A model generated the notes under the pieces. It was not told the origin of the DNA and did not search any database. It saw only the letters and a program-made list of their open reading frames with translations. Of a stretch of DNA of 20,339 nucleotides, positions 1 to 9,876 are shown in pieces. This DNA is from Pseudogymnoascus verrucosus (taxonomy: Eukaryota), in NCBI GenBank assembly GCA_001662655.1, contig KV460250.1; one strand, 5' to 3'. The position numbers and the translations under genes are program-made. How positions within the stretch are numbered: the first letter of the stretch is position 1; each line of letters begins with the position of its first letter.

Positions 1-1
1 T

Positions 2-1084
2 GCGTTGGATTCCACGAGATTGAAAATTCTGGACCAAGGAATCAAGAGCGACAGCGATGGAATGGCAAGTTTACTTGGCGCAGGCTTGTTTTGAGCGGTT
101 TTGCTGACTATCTTAAAGTCCTCTCTTCGAATCTATGCGTGGCTGATTCTCTTGAATGCGCCGCTACTGGAGACTGATGCATACCTCGTGCTAGTTCACC
201 GTGGAGCTTCACCAGCCTACTCCAAGATCCGCAACGACACATTTCGAACACTCGCGACGGACCCTCTTTTCCGACGTCGGGTCAGTGAAGCAAGCTTGAT
301 CCGTCTATTAAATGCAGTGGCTTGGAGGCTACATGACGCGAAAGAAAGCCGCATTGAGAGTGCAAGTAGCGCTAGTAACAACAGCAAGGTTACACATACT
401 GCCACGGCGGATGGCAGTCCAGAATTACATTCTGCGACGCCGGTGATCAAGAATAGAGCCCGAGCCTTGACCTTGACCACGGAAGGGTCGGACGCTGGAA
501 CGTCTGAGCCTGGGACATACGTCCAGGGAATGAATGTGCTCGCTGCTCCTTTCCTGTACGCCGCTCGGAGTGAATCAGAGGCTTTCGTTGCATTTCATAG
601 GTTCATCACTCACGAGGTTCCTGGGTATGTACGTGGCGCCATGAGTGGTGTCCACAAAGGACTGGCACTGGTCGACAAGGTGTTGTCAATTGTTGACCCG
701 AAGCTGAGCCTCTATCTCATCGGCAAGGGCATGCATGCAGAGCTGTACGCATTCCCCTCCGTCCTTACCTTGTGCGCCTGTACGCCACCTCTACCAGAAG
801 TCCTGCGCCTCTGGGACTTCCTTTTTGCATATGGTGCACATTTGAACATCCTTTGCATTGTGGCACAGCTTGTTATGCTGAGAAACTCCATCTTAAGCTC
901 CCCAAGGTACATATATTCTATTCTCAGTCCCATAGGAAACATTGCTGACTACTGTTACAGCCCAACAAAAATACTTCGGTCATTTCCACCTCTACAGGCC
1001 GAGACCATAAAGGAGCTTACGTTGACATTGATCAAGAAGATACCGGACGATTTATATGCAGAGATAGTAACTCATGCGCAATAG
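2..1084 (+). CDS. BUB2: Bub2/Cdc16 TBC (Rab-GAP) domain protein, spindle position checkpoint/septation initiation GAP; 5' end outside window. Exons <2..64, 119..906, 961..1084
   Basis: TBC motifs YSKIRNDTFRT, YVQGMNVLAAPF and FPSVLTLCACTPPLPEVLRLWDFLFAYG. Intron 65..118 (GCAAGT...GCTGAC...AAG) joins SDGM|SSLRIYAW. Intron 907..960 (GTACAT...GCTGAC...CAG) joins to give SSPSPTKILRSFPPL. Confidence 0.92.
65..118 (+). other. GC-AG spliceosomal intron in BUB2
   Basis: Donor G|GCAAGT, branch GCTGAC, acceptor AAG. It contains an in-frame TGA, and its removal restores a continuous frame. Confidence 0.8.
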
Positions 1085-2006
1085 TACTTGGGATATGGAG
1101 CATGGAGCATTGCTGAACTATGTTGGGAGATAATTCGGCCAGGTGTTAGGCGTTTAGTTTGGGATTATGTAAGGTTTCGGGGGAACAAAGGTGAAGAGAT
1201 ATATGCATCACGAAGTCCGATGCCACATCCCATAATGAATACACACGAAGTCAAGTTTCAGCATCATATCAAGATTTTGTTTCGATGGTAAATATGTTCA
1301 TTGTGTCCTATGCCACCAAATATCTGCCAAAACGATGCCTGAAAGAAATATATCAAGTACGTAGTTCGTTACCTCGCTCTGAGAATCAGAGAAGTGTTGA
1401 GAAAGCATTCATCGATAAACTATTGCATGATTAGCTATGTTCCCAAAGGTAATCCTGATAGAATAAGGCAATTGAGCTTTCGCATGCACTGCATGTTTGA
1501 GATATGGATCAGATAGTCCGTTAAGATCATCGGGCCTGTGAGGGCGCCTGACATAAGAGGTACCAGAAAATAAGTAAAAAGTGTATCATCATTGTATCTC
1601 GGGGGGGAAAGCGCCTGGATGAAAAGGGAAATGTCATAAAACTTACCAATGTCATTCATCAACACAACGGTCCAAACATCACCACGATGAGGGTACCTGC
1701 CCCAGTGTGATATGGTCGTCGTGGCCCATTACTGTTTCCGGCAATTTGAGGCCACAGGCCGACAAATCGAGTTGCGAACAACAACTCCAAAGTTGGAGAG
1801 TACAAATATACTGGCAAGAGGAAGAAAATCTCGATGGTTTTAATCTCCAAATTCCGATTGGTACTAGCGCGGTTACCACACACAGAAGTTGCTGCCCTAG
1901 CTTAATTTAAGCGACCGCACTTTTCGTCGGGAAGAGAAGCGACAACTTTTGATCCTCACCCACGACGACGACTCTCCGCCCTTCGACAACTTCATAATCA
2001 TCGACA

Positions 2007-2758
2007 ATGGGACGCCTTCACTCTAACGGAAAGGGCATATCTGCCTCCGCCATCCCATACTCCCGCACTCCTCCAGCATGGTTGAAGACCACTCCTGAGC
2101 AGGTACAATTTGCCAATTGACATCGGTCGCAAAGATCGCGCGCTTACACTTTTATAGGTTGTCGACCAGATTTGCAAGCTTGCAAAGAAGGGAGCTACCC
2201 CATCGCAAATCGGTGTTGTCCTCCGTGACAGCCACGGTGTTGCCCAGGTCAAGGTTGTGACCGGTATGTGGAATCTTTTTAATCCAGTTTCTTCGAACAT
2301 AAACTAACGATGTCCCAGGTAACAAGATTCTCAGAATCCTCAAGTCCAACGGTACGGTTCCACCGACATGAATTCACGACTATACTCGGATATGCACATA
2401 TTGCACGAATATAGCCGTGGATTTATTCCATAAACCCCAGCCTCTGTTTGGTCTCAAAGACTGACGGAGTGATCACAGGCCTCGCACCAGAAATCCCAGA
2501 GGATCTTTACATGTTGATCAAGAAGGTACGTTTTGGCAAAATTCGCACCAGACGCAATCGCAATGCTAATCATTGATTCTCCAGGCCGTCGCTGTCCGCA
2601 AGCACCTCGAGCGCAACCGCAAGGACCAGGACTCCAAGTTCCGCCTGATTCTCATCGAGTCCCGCATCCACCGCCTGTCCCGTTACTACAAGACCGTCGG
2701 TGTTCTCCCACCCACCTGGAGATACGAGAGCTCCACCGCCAGCACCATGGTCTCATAG
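2007..2758 (+). CDS. RPS13: 40S ribosomal protein S13 (uS15), 151 aa. Exons 2007..2102, 2158..2263, 2319..2351, 2479..2525, 2585..2758
   Basis: Spliced translation [44 protein letters not shown]...[31 protein letters not shown]. Four GT-AG introns, and exon lengths sum to 456 nt. Confidence 0.98.
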
Positions 2759-3093
2759 ATCATTCGTTGGAATGGATGTTTAAGGAGTTGGGGCCGGATA
2801 TCTTGCATTATGATCGAGGTTACTGTTCTAAAAGCTCGGATAGCTTAGATCTCAGTGAATTGAAACCCGCACGCACCACCCGTCTTACATGTTCCTGGCT
2901 TTTGAACCGTGATATCAATGTGACAGTATGAACACTATCTGCTTGACCACTGGGCCTAATTTAGTTGGCGAAATCATTTCCAATCACTCCTGTCTTCTCA
3001 TAGCTCGTTGTCATTACCAGCTGCTATCTCCTCTTTGATATCATGCGTAGCTGCCTATCCATTTTCCATCCCGTAATATACACCCAAATTTAC

Positions 3094-3690
3094 TCAGTTT
3101 CCCTCAATCTCCTTAGATTTCTGAAGTAAGAACTCCCCCAGCACCCTCAGTGGGTCAGATGGCCTATTATAGAATCAATACGCTGCATGATAAGTAAAAC
3201 ACAGCCCCAGATTAAACGCACTGTTCTTTGGCCAGATGCTTCATGCCTTCCAACAACGTCGCCGTGACTTTAGCGTTCAGATACTGGCGCGCAGGAGCAC
3301 CATGAGGTGGGGCATGCGCAGGCATAGCGGTGGGCCCTGGCTCAGGATGCTGTGACGCCGCTCGAGACGAGCTATCTGCAGCAATATTTGCCTGCACAGG
3401 TGTACCAGTGCGGGCAGGAATCGGGCTCTGAGCGTTGGGAACTTTTCCCACTGCAGGCGCAGGTGACTATGGCAAAATAAGCAAGTGTCCCACCAAGACC
3501 ACTCTTATGCCACACAAACCTCAACGGACTCATCGGCCATGGTGACGTCTTTCGCCGCCTCTGATTGAGGTGGGTTGGCTGAGATATCAGTGCTCTCTGC
3601 CTCAGTCTGAGCCGCTGGTTGTTGGGACATGGCGAGTTGATACGCTTGGGCAGCGGCGGCGATTCCAGTGGGCGGGTTCTTAGCTTCCAT
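3094..3690 (-). CDS. SDC1: Dpy-30 motif protein (COMPASS subunit Sdc1/DPY30-like), ~161 aa. Exons 3690..3520, 3466..3222, 3163..3094
   Basis: C-terminal Dpy-30 motif GAPARQYLNAKVTATLLEGMKHLAKEQPSDPLRVLGEFLLQKS after removing GT-AG introns 3467..3519 and 3164..3221. Low-complexity A/P/S/Q N-terminus. Confidence 0.88.
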
Positions 3691-3811
3691 TGTTTGAGAG
3701 ATGTATGTATTAATTCATCTCCTTAGTGGTAGAAACAGCTGTCGATCTGGCAAGGACAGTTACTCTTTGTCTTCTCTCCAGTTATGTGTGGATCACGCCG
3801 CATAAATGGAC

Positions 3812-3843
3812 ATCACGTGATTACGCGTCAGGAATTTCGCGAA
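3812..3843. promoter_or_regulatory. Cluster of palindromic sites in the divergent SDC1/FAN1 promoter: E-box ATCACGTGAT, MCB ACGCGT, TTCGCGAA
   Basis: ATCACGTGAT at 3812-3821, ACGCGT at 3823-3828 and TTCGCGAA at 3836-3843, within a ~316 bp head-to-head intergenic gap. Confidence 0.5.
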
Positions 3844-4006
3844 CTTCTCTCCGCCATCTAGTTAACCCCACCTCCTCGCGATAAGGTGATTTATATCACA
3901 AAGGACGCTTCGCTGAATGGGCGATATGGCCTGGCTATAATACACGTCGGCCAGGCCCAAAACAGTGGATGGAGGGTTGCCAGATATCCCACAATTGTTG
4001 TCACAG

Positions 4007-6783
4007 ATGGCGGCTATAGATGAGCGTGATAATGGTTATCCCGTGAAGCGGCGGAAGACTGGTGAGCAAGTTGAGACCCTGAAACCAGAAACTCCTTCAG
4101 CAACCTGCGGCGGCTTCGAAAATTCGAGGCCTGACTTGGACCTCGACACCTTTGGTACAGATACGGACGCAGCTGAGTCCAAGCCAGACACGGACGGCCC
4201 CACGGAGCTGGAAAGCGCTCTCCCACATCTAGATCAGGGAAAGGATGCTATCGTAGATTACGAGGCTATACAGCTGTTCGAGAAGGATCTAAATATATCC
4301 AAAGACCTTGAAGATAATTTAAACTCCCAGAAATTACCCAGTGGCCGCCGGTCAATTTACGTCGATGCCTTCAACCTAGCTTTGGAAACTGTCCTTGATG
4401 AAGAAAGCCATTTATTTGACGAGAGAGAGGGGAAAGTATTTGACGAGTGGCGCGGATTGAGTTATGAGGCCCAGTATCTGTAAGAAACGCCTGGCCGTGT
4501 TTATTACTAACTATTTTGCTAATACCTACTAGTTATGTCCGATTATTTCTCAGAAAGACGTCGGCCTGGCATCGTACTTCAAAACTGGGGTATCATTCCG
4601 ATATATCAGATATTTCCGCTGCTATTGGGAGTCTACAGTCATCTCGTCCTCTGTCGCGGGTCTCAGAGGCAGGACTGATCACAGATGTTAAGATAGAAGA
4701 CTCGGATTCTCAACTGGAAGGCAACTCATTTACTTTTGCCGATGCATTGACTGAGGATACCACGACGCTGGAGGAGGTATCATCATTGCTGTCGTTGGAT
4801 GAATTGAAGAGCATCGGCAAGGAAGCAAGGGTTCGAGGAAAGAACAAAACGGAGCTTCTGAGCGCTCTTCGACGTATGAGTCGGGCTCAAAGCGGTCTTG
4901 GTTCGGTGGGCCTGAAGATACTGAAATCGAAATCTAATCTGGAAATAGTATCCCCTGAGATCAGGATATCAGATATCCCTCATATCTCGGCCGGGAACAG
5001 TGACGTGGTTCACCAGGACGAGAATGCCACTCGTTCAAACGGCAATGTGAAATTGTCAGATCAGACATTCGGCGAAAATAATAGGGATAGACACTTCATC
5101 CTCAGGATTCTTGGCAATATTGGGTCCTGCATTCGACTTTCGTCCAGTACGTTGAAACTTTTCGAAAGAGTACACATGGTTTATTACAGATCAACTAAAT
5201 GGACGGGTGCGTAGTTCCCAGTTCACACAAATCAAACAATTACTGACACGGCCCAGATAAATCACTCACAACGATTATTCTGGCACGGATTCAGAAGAGG
5301 AATTTTCCAAATTATTTAATTTGTAGGTCAGCAAATATATTCCCATCGAGGGCCATGTTACTTGAATTCGAAGCAAGTATCCGCCTCCAACACCAGGTTG
5401 ACAGCGTACTCGAAAATGGTCTACAGGATAATCAGGTACAGGAAGAAATGCTATCCATTTTCGAGGAGGTCTACCCCAAATGGCAGGCTCTGGTAGCAGA
5501 TGAGCAGCACAAGGAGGAACGGGTCTATGAAAGCGGAGAGGGAGCATATCTACGACTCTTTTCGCCTTGCTCGGTGTATACACGCATTATATTCAAGGCG
5601 ACTTTGGTATTTGGACGGCTGAAGATGTATGAGCGTGAACATAGTGTGTTGACGGAACTTCTGGAACAACGGCTCTTCACTTATCGTCGGGGTGGCATAT
5701 ACCAGAGAAAGGCGCTTCTTGAGGAGCATTACTTGGCAGACGCCGGAGCCAACTCAACGGAAACAGCTGGAATGAGCCAGGACCAATTGAAAAGATATTG
5801 GAAGCGGTCATCACTGAAGACGGCCGAAGAAGGTTTACAGGACCGTGACTGTCACGTAATATACCATTACGATTTGGAGAAGCGCATAGTCAAGCTCGAG
5901 AAGGCTATAAAAACCCCAAAGAGGGAACAGCACGACTTTGGACACACACGGCTTATCACGCCCATAGAGAGGAATGTTGAGGGTATACAAGTTCGAGTCA
6001 TACCTGCTGATGTTGGGCGCGCGGGTGCTGAGGAACGGCGAAGTGCCAAAACGATATGGGTGGATGAGAAGGATGGTGGTGGCGAATGCAGCGTTGAAGC
6101 TATGTGCCTTTCATGGTATCGAAATCAGGGGTGGAAAGGTAAGCTCATGCATATTTCCCTCGGAGTAGTATTTCGAGAGAGATGGACAGTGCAGTTGTTC
6201 GATTCTGGTTGAAAGTAGGCTAATCGTCGCAGGTTACCATGCTGAAGGTGGCATTCTTCAAACCCTCTTCGCATACCTCTTCTATGATATCCTCTTCGCC
6301 TATATCCCGAATGTTTTCCAGACGGAATTCCAGACCTGCCCCCTGGATCTATACACCGAGGCGTTTTTCCCCTCACGCGCATCCGAGATACACCACCGAC
6401 TTGCTGAGCTATCGAATGGCGGTGCAGGGCGATTAATCCGCGAAGTCGACGAGCGAGAAAGAGAGAGGCGCACTTGCGTGGTCGGCTTGAACTGGGACTT
6501 CGCGGTCGACGATCTGCTAGAGATTGCAGCTTGTTTTGACGGCTCAGCTCTGGCCAGTATCTGTATGGTGATGGCGCAGGATTATCGGCAGCGGGGAGGC
6601 GGCGTCCCTGATTTGTTCTTGTGGAATCCAGAGACGAGCCAAGTGATGTTCTCTGAGGTTAAGTCCGAGAACGACAGGCTTTCTGACACCCAGCGCTTGT
6701 GGATTCACGTCCTTATGAGCTCAGGGGTGAAGGTCGAGCTGTGCAACGCCGTGGCAAGAGAGATGAGGACAAGAGAGGAATGA
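4007..6783 (+). CDS. FAN1: Fanconi-associated nuclease 1 homolog (VRR-NUC, PD-(D/E)XK), ~859 aa. Exons 4007..4479, 4533..5206, 5257..6138, 6233..6783
   Basis: YVRLFLRK, SAP-like LSLDELKSIGK...KTELLSAL, CSVEAMCLSWY, GWKGYHAEGG, QTCPLDL and catalytic GGVPDLFLW...EVKSENDRLSDTQ. Three GT-AG introns restore the frame. The start at 4007 is the first in-frame ATG after an upstream stop and is less certain. Confidence 0.93.
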
Positions 6784-7051
6784 GACGAAACAGAGACTGC
6801 AGGTTCAACATGACCGCAGTCAACTGTTAAAGGCCTACCTGGAGGACGAGTGAGAGATGGGATGAAACCTGGACCCTGCGCCTGTCTGGGTAGAAGGAGA
6901 AAGGGATGGTTGAACACAATCGTAGTCAACTGAAGGGGCCCTACCTGAGAACGAAGAGGAATGCGACAAAACCTGGACCCTGCGCTTGTCTGGGTGGAAA
7001 CAGAAGAGGAGGGTCAAACACAACCACCCTCAACTGGCAGGGACCTACCTG
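6765..7051 (+). repeat. Degenerate tandem repeat, period 104-106 bp, ~3 copies (first copy internally deleted)
   Basis: TCAACTG at 6820, 6926 and 7030; CCTACCTG at 6834, 6940 and 7044; AAACCTGGACCCTGCGCYTGTCTGGGTRGAA at ~6865 and ~6969. Confidence 0.85.
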
Positions 7052-8836
7052 AACGACGCGTTTAGACAAAGCATTGTGATGCCCGCAGCCACTGGTGCCT
7101 CCTACACATCGATGACATTCATAGGAGACTGATGACATTCTCGGGCGCTCCTCACAATCGGCAAACATGTCCTATTCCGGTCCCATCTGTCTGGTCGTGA
7201 GACACAAAGGGGCAGTGTGAGGATAGGAGAGGCTGATCATACCCGCGGAAATATCGAATTTCGGGGGGAGAGGATGCAAACATTGGGCTTTCCCATTTCA
7301 TATTTCATGTATATACATATATTTATACCAACTTTGAATATGTGTGTGATTGGGTGCCAGCCCACAGGGAACAATATCGCAATGTGACGGCCGTGAGACA
7401 GGAACGACTTGGCGATGTGGTGTGAATTCGATATGTGGGACTTGTACCTTGTGCGAATATCCGGGGCAAGTGACACCACATTAGGGAAGAGAAGGATAAT
7501 GGAAACAGGCAAAAAATGGGGGTTTGGTGGGGGATCGGTCGGCGGGCAAGGGCACGAAAGGCACGAATAGCTCAGGTTGGACGTCACGTCATCCGCCCCA
7601 TGCGGTGGCATCATTTACTAGCGCGCTTCTGTGCAGAGGTATACTGCAGTACTTTGCGTTGGTTCTGGTCTGCGTGAACAAATTTTAATCTCGGACCCCA
7701 GGTAGAGAAGTACATCTGATCTATCTGATCTGGCCCGGCAGTGTCGTCCTCTACCGTCCGTAGTTTTCTCGTTATACAAATTAAACGTGTCTATGCTCGT
7801 ACAGCTCGTACAGCGCGAGTGTTTCTGTATATATCGTCGTGCAGTATCGTGGCAATTGGGAAGGACAAGAGTCTCTCTGGTTGTACTAACTAGATGGACG
7901 ATCTTGCATGTGTATGGAGAGCTCCGTGCAGGTACTAACTTGACCATAATAGAACAACGTGCACTGTTGTGCCCCGGACGATGTACCTTGCCCTGTCTTT
8001 TGTATGGGGTTTGCGGGCAACACAGCTCACAACAGTACTTCCAACAACCACTGCCACGGCCACGATTCTGTAAGCCATGTATGTAATATACTATACTTAC
8101 TATTCTTACTACAGTCAGTATTCTTACTAAGTAAGGGAAAGGCTGTTGGGGTCCACGCGATCTTCGTAAGCATGTGGGAAACTTCACACGTATGAAAAGA
8201 AGGATACGCATTATACGTATTACACTAGCATTCTCTAGTATACTCAAGACGTGTACGTATCTCTGCCTTCTACTGCCTACACAGTACGTACAATCCAGTC
8301 CGTCCATACGGAATGCGCGCATATCTGCAGGCTTGGTGCAGGCTCGTTTTAAGGTTCCCTATCGCTTCTCTGCCCTAGTCTGCCCCTTGTCAATCTCTAT
8401 CCACTCCGCCCACGCTTATCCACACCGAGCCGCCTCGGTTGCAGGGATAACATGGCGTGCTCTTCCACTCTTCCAAACGTTCCTCTCTTTTTCTCTCTTT
8501 TATGCGGGCCGATGTACTCATAACGCGTACTATGTTACTATCCATACTGTAAACCCGCCCAACTGCCTTACATTTGCAGCATACAGTATGGCGAGAAAGG
8601 GTATATACCAAGGCAAGTACATGCATACATGCATACGTACTATACAAACTGGACGTGCCTTATGCTAACAACTCCCGCTCGTTCTATCCTTCTTGCCCCC
8701 CTCCCCCCACTCCTCTCCACCAAACATCGATCTTGTTTGTGAATTTATCCCCGTTTCCCGCCTCTCGGAGGCCCGGTCATGGCTCCGGTTTGTGAGGGCT
8801 TCGCGGTATAATACTCGAGCTCGCTCGTGTCGTACA

Positions 8837-8930
8837 TATAAATCCATCCCAATTATTGTACACCCTAAGCCGAGTCACCTGTCCATTCCTCTTCCCCTCC
8901 CTCCTCTCGCCCTCTCCTCTCTCCGGCTCC
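8837..8930 (+). promoter_or_regulatory. Putative distal core promoter of the sulfate permease (TATAAA plus CT-rich box)
   Basis: TATAAA at 8837-8842, followed by a pyrimidine-rich tract at 8883-8930, which is typical upstream of filamentous-fungal transcription starts. Confidence 0.4.
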
Positions 8931-9352
8931 TATCAAACAACACCATTGTGACGACTATACCCCGAGGCCTTCAAATTCAATAGAACCTCCGGCCACCAAC
9001 ACGCCCCCAATTACGCCCTCACCACCCTCACCACTCTCATCCCATCTCCTCATTCCATCTCAGACAACAGAGTGGCTTCTATCAAACAAGCAATTTGCTC
9101 CTTCTCCACCTAACGACTTAACGACGCCACACTGCGAATGTCTCTGTCGCTTTCTGATTTATAGAAAATCACGCCTTTTCCGTCCAGAGTGAGGTAATCG
9201 TCCAGGTTCTGGCGTGCTGTGCTGCTCCCACACCAACTCAGGTCAAGCCACCATCTCACCATACCCTCCAAACCTCAGCTCGTGGCGTCCTGCGAAAGCT
9301 TGCCTACTTGCTTATTCTCGTCTCTCCGCAGCGGGAAATCCCTGGAGCCATA

Positions 9353-9388
9353 CTTCTGGATCCCTCCCCCTTCTTGGATCCCTCCCCC
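9353..9388 (+). repeat. 18-bp tandem duplication
   Basis: CTTCTGGATCCCTCCCCC followed by TTCTTGGATCCCTCCCCC, with the 14-nt core TGGATCCCTCCCCC identical. Confidence 0.75.
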
Positions 9389-9876
9389 ACGGCACCCGTG
9401 CTTTCACAGGGGACCCTTTCCTGCAAAGGTAAACTTGCAGCTCATCTAGCAACCTAGACTATACCTACTCTGCATATACTACACACGCTCTAATTCGGCA
9501 GCAACCCACTTCACATTGCACATCACCACACCCTTGTCTGTCAGGCCGCGCCATATTCATATTCGGTGCTCCTACGCGGGGGTCAGGGTGGTCACTGTTT
9601 CACTCTCCACGCGACTCTGCGCGCCCAGCTGAAGCTTGACCCTTTCCACGCATTCTTTTGTTCAAGGGATATAAGGCACGCCATCTCCCATCATCTGCAG
9701 TCTTCAGTTTGGTCAGCATCCCTTCCTTCGCAACTACCTCGCCTTCATTAGGAAAAGAGTTTCGTCTTTTTCTTGTCATCTTCTGGCAACGTCGGTGCAA
9801 CTCGTGCACTAGACACCTCGGATCTTAATCGACTCGATTTCCTTTGCTACCGCCCTCAAGGGTCATCCTACCCAAG

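Noticed and set aside
1088..1910. Several 66-76 aa ORFs between BUB2 and RPS13
   Set aside because: Mostly non-ATG starts, overlapping on both strands, and no recognisable motifs or splice-supported model.
2352..2478. Intronic snoRNA in RPS13 intron 3
   Set aside because: No good RUGAUGA C box, the only CTGA is the branch-point motif, and there is no two-hairpin H/ACA layout.
7129..7236. Possible C/D box snoRNA (TGATGA ... CTGA) or hammerhead core CTGATGA
   Set aside because: No convincing terminal stem or recognisable rRNA-antisense element, and no GAAA/stem II geometry for a hammerhead.
7560..9876. CYS-3/MetR binding site (ATGRYRYCAT) upstream of the sulfate permease
   Set aside because: No exact match found by eye, only partial ones (GTCACGTCAT ~7583, GCCGCGCCAT ~9545, GCACGCCAT ~9676).
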